Part shown: positions 1 through 10,200 of the stretch, in pieces
How positions within the stretch are numbered: position 1 is the stretch's first letter
Layout of the letters: every line of letters begins with the position of its first letter
Assembly: GCA_045606105.1 (NCBI GenBank)
Contig: JAZURI010000001.1
Span: 32,001-96,000, forward strand
DNA length: 64,000 nucleotides
Source of the DNA: Spirochaetia bacterium
GTDB taxonomy: Bacteria; Spirochaetota; Spirochaetia; CADAEX01
Reading direction: 5' to 3'
Position numbers and translations under genes: made by a program
The notes under the pieces: generated by a model
Seen by the model: only the letters and a program-made list of their open reading frames with translations
Told to the model about the DNA's origin: nothing
Database searches by the model: none

Positions 1-432
1 GCCGGAACACCGGGAATAAGCGATCCGGGCAGTTCCCTTGTAAGGGCTGTCAGGGAGCAGGGGTACAGGATTACACCGATTCCGGGAGTTTCCGCCCTTT
101 CGGCACTGATCAGCGTAAGCGGTGTCCAGGGGAGAGGAATAACCTTCGAGGGATTTCTTTCACCAAAGCCGGGAAGAAGACTTTCCCGTATCAGGGAGCT
201 TATGGAAAGGGAAGAGAGCTTTGTCATATACGAATCTCCTTACAGGATAATCAAGGCCATGGCCGATATTGCATCGGTGGATCCCGAAAGACAGGTGGTG
301 GCCGGCCGGGAGATGACCAAGCTTCACGAGGAATTCATTGCCGGAACAGCTCAGGAGGTACTGGACGATCTTCAGGGCAGGGATAAGATCCAGGGTGAAT
401 TTGCCGTATGCATATACGGACGAAAAAATTAG
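1..432 (+). CDS. rsmI: 16S rRNA (C1402) 2'-O-methyltransferase, 5'-truncated by window
   Basis: Frame 1 reads AGTPGISDPG...FEGFL...YESPYRI...REMTKLHEEF...GEF, typical RsmI motifs. Confidence 0.92.
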   Translation, partial: AGTPGISDPGSSLVRAVREQGYRITPIPGVSALSALISVSGVQGRGITFEGFLSPKPGRRLSRIRELMEREESFVIYESPYRIIKAMADIASVDPERQVVAGREMTKLHEEFIAGTAQEVLDDLQGRDKIQGEFAVCIYGRKN

Positions 433-452
433 TTTATCTTATTTTTCAATAT

Positions 453-460
453 GCCGATAT
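453..460 (+). promoter_or_regulatory. sigma28 (FliA) -10 element GCCGATAT
   Basis: GCCGATAT 21 nt upstream of the flgM-like start; -35 match is poor. Confidence 0.55.
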
Positions 461-481
461 AGAAAATAAGGAAGGTACACG

Positions 482-766
482 ATGACTATAAACAGTCTGA
501 ACAGAGTAAGTTCTGTTCAAGGAAGTGCTGCTGTTGAAAGAACTTCACAGACAGTAAGGATTCAGGAGAAGGATTCTGTCGCTGTGTCATCGGAGGCAAA
601 AACTATGGGAGAAGTTTATGCTGCTGCCGAGGAACTGCGCAATCTTCCCGATGTCAGGACAGATAAGGTTGAAGCTGCAAGGACAGCCCTTAAGGATCCT
701 GATTACATTAACCGGGCTTCAGTGGAAACTGTGGCCGAAAAAATGCTTAACCTGTTCGGCATCTGA
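482..766 (+). CDS. flgM: Anti-sigma28 factor FlgM
   Basis: 94 aa, KDSVAVSSEA and PDVRTDKV motifs, sigma28 -10 upstream. Confidence 0.75.
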   Translation: MTINSLNRVSSVQGSAAVERTSQTVRIQEKDSVAVSSEAKTMGEVYAAAEELRNLPDVRTDKVEAARTALKDPDYINRASVETVAEKMLNLFGI

Positions 767-1527
767 TGTTTACCGAAAAGAAATTCAGATCCCTGGATAA
801 CAGGCTTCAGTACAGAAAGGCAGCCCTGATACTCAGGGAGGCCGAATCTGCCTCTCTTCGCGGCGAGGATGTGGATTTTGACTACATTACCATGATAGTC
901 AATACTGCCTTCCGTGAGGAAAAGGTTAATCCCGGTTTTTTCAGTACCGGCGAAATTTCAAGAAAATTAAGCAATCTCAGATTCTGTGCCATGGAAAGAG
1001 GCGGTATTCAGGTTGCCGACTGGGACCTGAACCTTGCTTCGGATGATGCTGCAGGTTCCAGGGAAAAGCTTCCGGTTTCCGTATATCTGGAAGACCTCAG
1101 GTCCCCCTTCAATGTGGGTTCTGTTTTCAGGAGTGCGGAATCCTTCGGCTTTTCGGAGATACTTCTGTCCGAATATACCCCTACACCGGAGCATCCCCGG
1201 GCAAAACGGAGTGCCATGGGAACCGATGCTGTACTGGACTGGCGGGTCTGTTCCCCGGCCGATCTGGAGGGAAAGCCTCTTTTTGCCCTGGAAACCGACG
1301 GCTGTCCCATAGAGGAGTTCCGGTTTCCTGAAAAGGGTATAATGATTCTCGGCTCCGAGGAGACCGGGATAAGCAGGGAGCTGCTGGAAATGGCAGAAAA
1401 AAGCCTGGGTATCGTTTCAATACCCATGGCCGGTATCAAGAAATCTATAAATGTGGGGGTGGCTTTCGGTATAGCCGCCTATTACTGGACCTCTGCAATC
1501 AGGTCCGGACTCTGCTCAGGGCGATAA
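766..1527 (+). CDS. TrmH/SpoU family RNA methyltransferase
   Basis: LEDLRSPFNVGSVFRSA, LGSEETG, SINVGVA SPOUT motifs. Confidence 0.9.
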   Translation: MFTEKKFRSLDNRLQYRKAALILREAESASLRGEDVDFDYITMIVNTAFREEKVNPGFFSTGEISRKLSNLRFCAMERGGIQVADWDLNLASDDAAGSREKLPVSVYLEDLRSPFNVGSVFRSAESFGFSEILLSEYTPTPEHPRAKRSAMGTDAVLDWRVCSPADLEGKPLFALETDGCPIEEFRFPEKGIMILGSEETGISRELLEMAEKSLGIVSIPMAGIKKSINVGVAFGIAAYYWTSAIRSGLCSGR

Positions 1528-2746
1528 CGGCATTGTGACCTCCGAAGCCGAAGGAGTTGGAGATGATGTTGTCCACCTTCCAATCGATTCCCTTGTTCGG
1601 AATATAATCAAGATCACATTCAGGATCAGGTTCCTCATAGTTTATTGTAGGGGGAAGCCACTGATGGTATATGGAAAGGGCCGATGATACTGCCTCGATT
1701 CCTCCTGCCGCCCCAATGCAGTGTCCTAACATCGATTTTATGGATGAGACCTTGAGCTTGTGGGCATGGCTTCCGAAAACCTCCCTGATGGCAATGGTTT
1801 CAGCCCTGTCGTTGAGCTTGGTTGAGGTGCCGTGGGCATTTACATAGTCGATATCCTCCGGCTTCAGACCTGCCGAAGCAAGGGCATTTCTGATGGCCTG
1901 GACTGCACCGATTCCTTCAGGGTGAGGTGCTGTCATATGATAGGCATCGCAGGTGGCGCCGTAGCCTGTCAGCTCACAGTATATCCTGGCTCCCCTTTTT
2001 ACGGCATGTTCATACTCCTCCAGAACCACTATTCCGGCCCCTTCGCCCATGACAAAACCGTCTCTCCCTTTTTCAAAGGGGCGGCTTGCCTTTTCAGGGT
2101 CATGGTTATGGCTGACGGTAAGTGCCTGGAGAACACAGAAGCCGCCGATGGAAAGCCTGGTTATTCCGGCCTCCACGCCGCCGGTAATCATGATGTCAGC
2201 ACTGCCGTTCTCTATCCAGTGGGCTGCGTTTCCTATGGCATCTGTTCCCGAAGCACAGGCTGTAACCACGGAATAACATGGACCGTGTATATCCAGGACC
2301 ACACCCATGGTTCCTGCTGCCATGTTGGATATCATTTTCGGGATGGTCATTACAGGTATCCGTCTGGGCCCGGAGCTGAAAAGCCGGCCGTAGCCCTCCT
2401 CCATGGAGGCAAAACCCCCTATGCCGTTGCCCAGGACAACTCCGGTGCGGTAGGGATTTTCCCAGCCGGTGCTTCCGAAACCGGCATCCTTAATGGCCTC
2501 CATGGCCGCACATACGGCATACTGAGTAAAAGGGTCCATTCTCTGGGCCAGTTTCCTGTCCATGAAGCCGGCAGGATCGAAATCCTTCAGTTCTCCTGCT
2601 ATCTTTGCCGGAAAATCCTCTGTATCGAACTTTGTTATGGGACCGATTCCGCAGAGACCTTTATGCATGTTTTCCCAGAAGTCGGCAACATTGTTACCGA
2701 TGGGATTGACTGTTCCCAGTCCTGTTATCACAACTCTTTTTCTCAT
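1499..2746 (-). CDS. fabF: Beta-ketoacyl-ACP synthase II
   Basis: RVVITGLG, TACASG, NAHGTST, KSMLGH, SNSFGFGGHN. Confidence 0.95.
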   Translation of the reverse strand: MRKRVVITGLGTVNPIGNNVADFWENMHKGLCGIGPITKFDTEDFPAKIAGELKDFDPAGFMDRKLAQRMDPFTQYAVCAAMEAIKDAGFGSTGWENPYRTGVVLGNGIGGFASMEEGYGRLFSSGPRRIPVMTIPKMISNMAAGTMGVVLDIHGPCYSVVTACASGTDAIGNAAHWIENGSADIMITGGVEAGITRLSIGGFCVLQALTVSHNHDPEKASRPFEKGRDGFVMGEGAGIVVLEEYEHAVKRGARIYCELTGYGATCDAYHMTAPHPEGIGAVQAIRNALASAGLKPEDIDYVNAHGTSTKLNDRAETIAIREVFGSHAHKLKVSSIKSMLGHCIGAAGGIEAVSSALSIYHQWLPPTINYEEPDPECDLDYIPNKGIDWKVDNIISNSFGFGGHNAVIALSRVRT

Positions 2747-2857
2747 AAATTCAATTTAACACAGAGTGTCATATAATACAATTGTTGCAAAAAATAAACT
2801 TTTACTCTTTAAATATAAGTGAAAAATAATTATAATTATACTCAGAGGTCATAAATT

Positions 2858-3919
2858 ATGAATATTAGAGACAGAATGATTATGGCTGAATACAAGAAGC
2901 AGAGACCGCACTTTATTCAGCTGGGAAATATAGTACATGAAATACTCAGCGACATTGCTGAGGACTCCGGTATCCTTGTTGCAGGAATCGAACATAGGGT
3001 AAAGGCAGAAAAGAGCCTTGAGGGAAAGCTTTTCAGAAATGCCGATTATTACCAGAAGCTTGAGGATCTTACAGATATTCTCGGTGCCAGAATGATCTGT
3101 TATTTCCAGGATGAGGTGGATGTCCTCGGTAAATATGTGGAAGAAAACTTTATCATCGACTGGGAAAACAGCTCCGACAAGCGTGCCCTTCTCAAGGCAG
3201 ACAGCTTCGGTTACCTTTCACTTCACTATATCTGTTCCCTTCCTGAAGATGCAGGATATCCGGCCGAGGTATGCGGAAAGAAGTTCGAGATCCAGATCAG
3301 GACCATTCTCCAGCATGCATGGTCTGCCATCAACCACGACCTGGGATACAAGAGCGAGTTCGGTGCTCCGAGACATGTAATCAGGGAATTTGCCCGTCTT
3401 GCAGGTCTTCTTGAAATTGCCGACGAGGAATTTGCAAGAACCAGGGATCACATGAACACATACACAGAGGAAGTAAGAAGCAAGATCATCAACGACAATG
3501 CCGATGATGTCAATATCGACCTTGTTTCTCTCAACGAGTATGTTCTTCACAACAAGAAGATGAATGTTTTCATGAACAGGCTTGCTGCCATCGAGGGCTC
3601 TGAAATTTCTGAAATCAATCCGGAATCATACATCATACAGCTCAGATGGCTCGGTATCGATACTATCGGAAAGCTTCAGGATATGCTTGAAAGAAACGAA
3701 GAGCTTGCATTCCGTCTTGCAGAAAACACACTCAAGGGAAGCGAGCTTGATATCATCAGCTCCAATGCCGCCCTCAGATTCATCTGCCGTGCGGAACTGG
3801 TAAGCGGAAAATATACCGAAGAGCAGGCAGCCGAGTTCCTGAAGATCACAACAAGAAACGACAATCGTGCCGCCAACCAGGCAAAGCGTCTTTTTTCAAT
3901 GGCGAAGGCTTTAAAATGA
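2858..3919 (+). CDS. Small alarmone synthetase (RelA/SpoT SYNTH domain plus C-terminal extension)
   Basis: HRVK..SL..K, DLTDILGAR, GYLSLHY, EIQIRT..QHAW..INHDLGYK. Confidence 0.9.
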   Translation: MNIRDRMIMAEYKKQRPHFIQLGNIVHEILSDIAEDSGILVAGIEHRVKAEKSLEGKLFRNADYYQKLEDLTDILGARMICYFQDEVDVLGKYVEENFIIDWENSSDKRALLKADSFGYLSLHYICSLPEDAGYPAEVCGKKFEIQIRTILQHAWSAINHDLGYKSEFGAPRHVIREFARLAGLLEIADEEFARTRDHMNTYTEEVRSKIINDNADDVNIDLVSLNEYVLHNKKMNVFMNRLAAIEGSEISEINPESYIIQLRWLGIDTIGKLQDMLERNEELAFRLAENTLKGSELDIISSNAALRFICRAELVSGKYTEEQAAEFLKITTRNDNRAANQAKRLFSMAKALK

Positions 3920-4440
3920 GTGAAAGACTCGAGGCAGCTCTTGCTTTTGCAACAGAGAAGCATAAGGGGCAGAAGCGTATCGGCGGTGACGACTACATAA
4001 CTCATCCTATCGCAGTTTCCGAAATCGTAAGGGAGCACGGCGGAGATGAGGACAGCTGTATCGCAGCCCTTTTCCATGATCTTCTGGAGGATACCGATGC
4101 CACAGAGGATGAAATCCGCTCTCTGGGAGGAGATGCCGTTCTTGAGGCGGTAAAGCTTCTGACCAAGCAGGATGGATATGTCATGGAGGATTATGTAGCC
4201 GGAATAAGATCCAATCCCATTGCCTTCATGGTGAAGGGTGCCGACAGACTGCATAACCTGCGCTGCGCCCTCTATACAGATACCGATTTCAAGAGAAGAT
4301 ACATTCTTGAATCCCTTGACTGGTATATCGGCTTCATGCCTGAGATAAAGACAGCGGTAAAGGACCTTGCAAAGTCTCTCGATTCACCGATGACAGAGCT
4401 TTCATTCCTCTACGAACCAATTGATAACTGGAAAATATAA
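3916..4440 (+). CDS. Small alarmone hydrolase, Mesh1-like HD domain
   Basis: H.GQKR...YITHP, AALFHDLLEDT, VKGADRLHN; ATGA overlap with the SAS stop. Confidence 0.85.
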   Translation: MSERLEAALAFATEKHKGQKRIGGDDYITHPIAVSEIVREHGGDEDSCIAALFHDLLEDTDATEDEIRSLGGDAVLEAVKLLTKQDGYVMEDYVAGIRSNPIAFMVKGADRLHNLRCALYTDTDFKRRYILESLDWYIGFMPEIKTAVKDLAKSLDSPMTELSFLYEPIDNWKI

Positions 4441-4458
4441 TCATATAAGGAGAATAAA

Positions 4459-4755
4459 ATGACAATTAACAAAACAAAGGCAGATAATATTATCACACTT
4501 GCACTTGAGGGTCGTCTTGATACAACCACAGCTCCTGAACTTGACAAGGAAATTGATGTTGTTATCGAAGAGACTGCAGACCTGATTTTTGATTTCAAGG
4601 ATCTCGAATATATTTCCTCTGCAGGACTCCGTGTTCTTCTCAAGGCTCAGAAGGCCATGAGCGCAAAGGGAACAATGAAGCTTATCAATGTTAACGATTC
4701 CATCATGGAAGTTTTTGACATCACAGGTTTTGTAGATATTCTTACAATCGAGTAA
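4459..4755 (+). CDS. STAS-domain anti-sigma factor antagonist
   Basis: GRLDTTTA, LEYISSAGLRVLL, FDITGF. Confidence 0.9.
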   Translation: MTINKTKADNIITLALEGRLDTTTAPELDKEIDVVIEETADLIFDFKDLEYISSAGLRVLLKAQKAMSAKGTMKLINVNDSIMEVFDITGFVDILTIE

Positions 4756-4787
4756 GATTTCCTGAGCAGACAGGAGAGCTTCTGCCC

Positions 4788-5696
4788 TCAGTAGGTTCCG
4801 AAGATCCTGTCTGTTTCTTTTTTATCCCTGCTGACGGTAAGTGCCAGTCTGAGAAGGACTGCCGCCTTGGCAGGAGAAAGCATGCAGCTTCCGCTTATCC
4901 TTGATACCGTAACCACCGGAATCTGACTTTTTTTCACTGTTTCCCCGAATTCCAGACTGTATTCCCTGTTGCCTGCGCCGGCCACCACCACGCCGTCGGA
5001 ATGGTTTAATGCATATTCCAGAAGTCCCGGATCTGCATCTGCATGAAAGCAGATAACCGAAACCTTTGGCAGGGTTTCCAGGTTTTCCGTAGTGAATTCT
5101 GTTTCCGTGGTGTGGGGCCGTGCCGGTCTGTGGTAGAAAATGATTCCGTCATCCTGTACCGTACCTATGGTACCGGCCTCTCCCCCGCTGAAGGCAGTAA
5201 CTGAGAACGGACTCTCCTTCACCGCATCCCTGGCTGAAAATATAAGGCCTGAAAATACCACAAGAACTCCCATTCCGGCTGCTTTTTCCGAAAAGGCTGT
5301 ACGGATTGCCCCTCTGAGATTTTCCGCACCGTCCGGGGAGAGGGCAGAGGCGGGCCGCATGGCTCCGGTAATCACCACCGGCTTCCGGGTCTTTACGGTA
5401 AGGTGAAGAAACAGGGCTGTCTCCTCCAGGGTATCGGTTCCGTGGGTGATGACAAAGCCTGCAATATCCTCCCGGGCCGCCTCCCTGTTTATGATGCCGG
5501 TCAGCTTCAGCCAGTGGGAAGCCTTTATGTCATCGGAATTGATGCTGCAGAGAGGAATGATTTCGATATCGGTACCGGCCGGTATTCCGGGCAGCTTTTC
5601 GGGGGAGAGAATTCCGGGGGTGTAGCCTGTGTTCTTTCCCGGCTCCCCCATTCCGGCTATTGTTCCCCCTGTGGTAATCAGTATTATCTTTTTCAT
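4788..5696 (-). CDS. L-asparaginase
   Basis: TGGTIAG, HGTDTLEETA, TGAMRP. Confidence 0.9.
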   Translation of the reverse strand: MKKIILITTGGTIAGMGEPGKNTGYTPGILSPEKLPGIPAGTDIEIIPLCSINSDDIKASHWLKLTGIINREAAREDIAGFVITHGTDTLEETALFLHLTVKTRKPVVITGAMRPASALSPDGAENLRGAIRTAFSEKAAGMGVLVVFSGLIFSARDAVKESPFSVTAFSGGEAGTIGTVQDDGIIFYHRPARPHTTETEFTTENLETLPKVSVICFHADADPGLLEYALNHSDGVVVAGAGNREYSLEFGETVKKSQIPVVTVSRISGSCMLSPAKAAVLLRLALTVSRDKKETDRIFGTY

Positions 5697-5700
5697 GGTA

Positions 5701-6921
5701 TCATATCATAAGCCGTGCCATTACCTTGGCATCATTTACAAGATTGTCGATAACGGCATATTCGTTGGGCATGTGCATGGAATCCTCGATGGTGGACCAT
5801 ACTGCCACATTAAGCCCCAGGTTCCTGAGATGGGCGGCCACTGTGGCTCCGCTGCTTCCCACAGCTTTTGCTTCCCGGCCCGAAACCTCCAGAATGGCCT
5901 TTTTCAGCCTGGTGCAGATTTCGCTGTTCATGTCCGAGGCCTTTGAAACGCTGTGCTGTACCGGCTCCACGGTTACCTTTACTCCGTGCTTTTCCTCCAC
6001 GGCCCGGCAGTGTCCTCCGATTTTTGCCATTACCTCGTCAGTATCTATTTCGGGAAGAACCCTGCAGTCCATGTAGAAGATGTCGCTGCCGGGTATGGTA
6101 TTTACATTCGGGACATTTGCCTCCTTCTTGGTAGGGCTGAAAGTGGAGTACGGTGTATCGAACAGCTCGTTCCTGATTCCGGAATATTCGTCCTGCAGGG
6201 AGTGGAGCCTGATTGCCAGGTCGCAGCCTGCCAGGAAGGCATTCTTTCCGGCAGAAGGATAGGCCCCGTGGCACTGTACCCCTTCCGTGGTTATCCTGAA
6301 CCAGAAGACATTCTTTTCCGCAATCTGGATTTCGTCCCCGGTGGCAGTGCCTGAATCCGGAACCAGAACCAGGTCGTCGGCGGAGAAAAGGTCGGGATAT
6401 CTGTCTATGATGTGGATGATGCCGTAATCGGAGCCTACCTCCTCATCGGCCACAAACAGGAGCTTTACATTGTATTCCGGCACAATACCGTTTTCCTTCA
6501 GTGCCAGGGCTGCCATGACGGAGCATACCATTCCCTGCTGGTTGTCCTCTGTTCCCCGGCCGTAGAGACGCCCATCCTTTTCGGTAACGGTGAATGGGTC
6601 TGTTTCCCAAAGGTCGGTGTTTCCGGGCGGAACCACATCCAGGTGGCTCATTATCCACAGGGTTCTGCCGCTGTTCCTGCCCGGAACGGTAAGGATAAGG
6701 TTTGGTCTGATTCCTGAGGGAACCCTTTCATCAGGAGCGTTGATATATGTAAAGTTGTCAAAGCCTCTGCCTCTGAGCCAGTTCTCAAGGGCCCGGGCCT
6801 TTTCTGCTTCTCCCTCTCCGCCCGATACGGGTGAAATTGCGGGAATCGAGGAAAGGAGAGTCTCCAGCTCAATAATGGTTTTTCTGTTCTCTTCAATAAA
6901 TTTGTCGATTGTATTATTCAT
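5701..6921 (-). CDS. M20 family metallopeptidase (DapE/ArgE-like)
   Basis: SHLDVVP, GRGTEDN, DEE, H.PNE; start placed at MNNTIDKF (6921). Confidence 0.88.
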   Translation of the reverse strand: MNNTIDKFIEENRKTIIELETLLSSIPAISPVSGGEGEAEKARALENWLRGRGFDNFTYINAPDERVPSGIRPNLILTVPGRNSGRTLWIMSHLDVVPPGNTDLWETDPFTVTEKDGRLYGRGTEDNQQGMVCSVMAALALKENGIVPEYNVKLLFVADEEVGSDYGIIHIIDRYPDLFSADDLVLVPDSGTATGDEIQIAEKNVFWFRITTEGVQCHGAYPSAGKNAFLAGCDLAIRLHSLQDEYSGIRNELFDTPYSTFSPTKKEANVPNVNTIPGSDIFYMDCRVLPEIDTDEVMAKIGGHCRAVEEKHGVKVTVEPVQHSVSKASDMNSEICTRLKKAILEVSGREAKAVGSSGATVAAHLRNLGLNVAVWSTIEDSMHMPNEYAVIDNLVNDAKVMARLMI

Positions 6922-6979
6922 TGTTTTATTATAATATTCTCTTTGAAAAAAGTATACTGAATTTTCAAGCGGAGGTAAA

Positions 6980-8260
6980 ATGAGGTTCCTGTGGATTCTT
7001 TTTGTTCTGACCCTTATGTCCTGCTCCAACAAGATGGGGTATTTTCTCGTGGTTTGGCCTGGAGAGGGTGTGGAAATCGAAAATTCCTCCATTCTCCCTA
7101 TCAAATCGGAATCAAATCTCCGCGGAACATACATTCTCAGCCTCGGAAACAAGAAATATGCCGAAATAGACAAGTTCAGAGGCTTCTATTTCAAGAAAGA
7201 GGAGGAGGCGGCAGCTTTCAGGGAGACTCTGGAGCCTTTCAGGAATTCCTATGCCTATGCAAAGAAAAAGACACCGGTAAGGGAGGAGGCCAGCGAGCTG
7301 AGCTCCAGGATCTATATTCTCCGGGAAAGTCAGATAATCAAGGTAATAGGCAGGGGCGAGGAAAAGGTGAAGATAGGGGAGACCCTTGAAGGATACTGGT
7401 ACAGGATCATTACCGATGACGGTGTAACAGGCTACTGCTTTGACCGCAACCTGGCTTTCTTCGAGGATGACGGCTCGGAAAAACAGGGGCCCAAAACCGA
7501 AAAAAAGCAATATCTGGACAAATTCTTTGCAGAAACCTGGTATCCGGAAGCCTACAAGGAAACTGCGGAAAGCCCATATCCTCTTCTCAGCCGTCTCCGC
7601 AGCGGTGAGCATCTGAAGGGGGACAGGGACAAGAAGGAGGTGGTGCTGGTAACCGGGGATTCGGAAATCAGGTTCCGCTATACATCTGTCACTGAGGTGA
7701 ATGACAATACTTTCGTTCTGGGGGGAACCCCTCTGGAGCTTCTTTTCTATCCTGACGGAAAGCTTTTTATCAGGTATTCCCACAAGGGTATCGACTGCTC
7801 CGGCTTCTATGTCCTGCTGGAAAAGCCGCTGGAGGAATACATTGCTGCCGAAACCGAAAAGAAGGAGCAGGAATATGCCGAACTTCTGGGTGGCGATACA
7901 GCCTTCTTCATAAGTGAAAACGGAGGTGTCCTGGGCTTTGATTCCACACGCAGCTTCTACTGGGGCGAGCATTACGGTCTTGAGGAGATAATCCCGCCGG
8001 AATACGGTGTCAGGGGGCTTGTGGGCAACAGCTGCTATGTAAGCCGGAGCCTCAGCAGGAGCAGGGGTTACAAGGGAGTTCTCACCCTGACCTTCACAGA
8101 CAGTGCTGCAGAGCTTGACTTCATTTACAGGAAGCTGAAAAGCGGAATACTGGAGCTGGTATACATTCCTTCGGAATACATTCAGGACGGCGTGGTATCG
8201 GGAATACCGAGCGATGCCAGAAAAATCAATTTCAGACCTATGACAGAGGAAACGGAATAA
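6980..8260 (+). CDS. SH3-domain lipoprotein
   Basis: Lipobox LMSC; bacterial SH3-like GYWYRIITDDGVTGYCF. Confidence 0.65.
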   Translation: MRFLWILFVLTLMSCSNKMGYFLVVWPGEGVEIENSSILPIKSESNLRGTYILSLGNKKYAEIDKFRGFYFKKEEEAAAFRETLEPFRNSYAYAKKKTPVREEASELSSRIYILRESQIIKVIGRGEEKVKIGETLEGYWYRIITDDGVTGYCFDRNLAFFEDDGSEKQGPKTEKKQYLDKFFAETWYPEAYKETAESPYPLLSRLRSGEHLKGDRDKKEVVLVTGDSEIRFRYTSVTEVNDNTFVLGGTPLELLFYPDGKLFIRYSHKGIDCSGFYVLLEKPLEEYIAAETEKKEQEYAELLGGDTAFFISENGGVLGFDSTRSFYWGEHYGLEEIIPPEYGVRGLVGNSCYVSRSLSRSRGYKGVLTLTFTDSAAELDFIYRKLKSGILELVYIPSEYIQDGVVSGIPSDARKINFRPMTEETE

Positions 8261-10200
8261 TGGCTTTTGTTAATCTTTCCGGGGTTTCCATTGCTTTCGG
8301 CGACAGGGATGTACTGAAGGATGCAAACCTCAACATAAACCAGTCCACCAGGGCTGCCATAGCCGGGGCCAACGGCAGCGGCAAGACCACTTTTCTTAAG
8401 ATAATGGCCGGTGTTACAGCTCCGGACCGGGGAACCATGACGGTTCAGAAGGGGACCAGGATAAGCTATCTTCCTCAGGCAGGGCTCTCCCATTCGGGAC
8501 TTACCCTCATGGAGGAGACCGAAAAGTCCTTTTCATATTTCCATTCCCTGCTGGAAAAGCGGGAAATCATAGGTCGGAGACTGGAAAACTACAGGGAGGA
8601 GACAAAGGAGGAGGCTCAGCGTCTTATCGAGGAGGAGCACGAAATCCAGGAACAGCTTCTGGAAAGCGGCTTCTACGACAGGAATGCGGTGAAGGAGAAG
8701 ATCCTTCTGGGTCTGGGCTTCAGGAGAAGCGATTTTGACAAACGTACCGAAGCCTTTTCCGGAGGATGGCAGATGAGAATCGCCCTGGCAAAGATACTGC
8801 TGGAAAATCCCGATATCCTTCTTCTTGACGAGCCTACCAACTATCTGGACCTGGAGGCCCGTATCTGGCTGGAGGACTTTCTTGCAGCCTTCAAGGGGGG
8901 CGTGGTGGTTGTATCCCACGACAGGTCCTTCCTCGATGTTACGGTCAACGAGATATACGAGCTTTTCAACGGAAAGCTGAACCGGTACAAGGGAAACTAT
9001 TCCGAGTACGAAACCCGGCGGGCGGCGGAACTGGAGGCTCTTGTGGAGCGGTACAAGCAGCAGCAGGAGGAGATAGCCAGAACCGAGTTCTTTATCCGTC
9101 GTTTCAGGTATCAGGCCACCAAGGCCAAGCAGGTACAGAGCCGTGTGAAATATCTTGAAGGGCTGGAGCGCATCGAGATTCCCGAAAGCCTCAAGAAAAT
9201 GCATTTTTCATTTCCGAAGCCGCCCCATTCGGGCAATGATGTCCTTATGATCGAGAACCTCAGCAAGGCCTTCGGGGAGAACCATGTTATCAACAATCTC
9301 GATTTTTATGCCTCCAGGGGAGAAAAGATAGTTTTTGCAGGTCGTAACGGAGCGGGAAAATCAACGCTCATGCGTATAATTGCCGGAGTGGACAGAAACC
9401 ATACCGGAACTGTCAGATATGGCACCGATGTAAAGATCGAATATTTCTCTCAGGATTTCGAGGCTACCCTGGATAACGAAAAGACAGTGGAGGAGGAGAT
9501 AGAAGCCTCCGCGCCCACAGAGCTGATTCCTTCGATACGAAGCCTTCTGGGGGCATTCCTCTTCAGGGGTGATGATATCTACAAGAAAATCTCTGTTCTC
9601 AGCGGCGGAGAGAAAAACAGGATAGCACTTCTCAAGATGCTTCTTCATCCGGCCAACCTCCTTATCCTGGACGAGCCCACAAACCATCTTGACCTCATAT
9701 CCAAGGATATTCTCCTGGAGGCGCTGAAATCCTATACCGGTACCGTTCTTTTCGTATCCCACGACAGGTACTTCATAGAAAATCTGGCCGACAGGGTATT
9801 GGAACTGGGAGACGGCAAGGCTGTCAGCTATCTCGGCAGCTATTCCTATTACCTGGAAAAGAAGGCTCAGGAGGAGGCCGGAGCCGGAGCTGCGGCAGAG
9901 CAGCCTAAAGTCCAGACAAAGACTGCGGTCCGTCCCGACAGGGAGGAGGCCAAGCAGCGCAAGCGGGATATCCGGAAGCTGGAGCGGGAGCTGGAGACAG
10001 TGATGACAGAGCTGGATGAGCTGGACAGCCGTTGCTCCGGACTTAATGAGAAAATGGCAGATCCGGCCAACTATTCGGACGGAGCAAAGATAAAGAAACT
10101 CAAGGAAGAGCTTGAGGAGGCGGAAAGGCTCAGGGATGAGAAAACCCTCCGCTGGGAAGAGATCGAGGAGGCACTGGCACTCCTCAGGGAGCAGCAATGA
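8260..10200 (+). CDS. ABC-F family ATPase
   Basis: Two NBDs (GANGSGKT/FSGGW/LDEPTN and GRNGAGKS/LSGGE/LDEPTN), no TM segments, coiled-coil C-terminus. Confidence 0.93.
   Translation: MAFVNLSGVSIAFGDRDVLKDANLNINQSTRAAIAGANGSGKTTFLKIMAGVTAPDRGTMTVQKGTRISYLPQAGLSHSGLTLMEETEKSFSYFHSLLEKREIIGRRLENYREETKEEAQRLIEEEHEIQEQLLESGFYDRNAVKEKILLGLGFRRSDFDKRTEAFSGGWQMRIALAKILLENPDILLLDEPTNYLDLEARIWLEDFLAAFKGGVVVVSHDRSFLDVTVNEIYELFNGKLNRYKGNYSEYETRRAAELEALVERYKQQQEEIARTEFFIRRFRYQATKAKQVQSRVKYLEGLERIEIPESLKKMHFSFPKPPHSGNDVLMIENLSKAFGENHVINNLDFYASRGEKIVFAGRNGAGKSTLMRIIAGVDRNHTGTVRYGTDVKIEYFSQDFEATLDNEKTVEEEIEASAPTELIPSIRSLLGAFLFRGDDIYKKISVLSGGEKNRIALLKMLLHPANLLILDEPTNHLDLISKDILLEALKSYTGTVLFVSHDRYFIENLADRVLELGDGKAVSYLGSYSYYLEKKAQEEAGAGAAAEQPKVQTKTAVRPDREEAKQRKRDIRKLERELETVMTELDELDSRCSGLNEKMADPANYSDGAKIKKLKEELEEAERLRDEKTLRWEEIEEALALLREQQ

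Noticed and set aside
5701-7173. 490-aa version of the M20 peptidase (and extended starts at 10885, 12777, 49816, 55959)
   Set aside because: The extensions overlap neighbouring genes, promoters or terminators; downstream starts fit SD position or family length better
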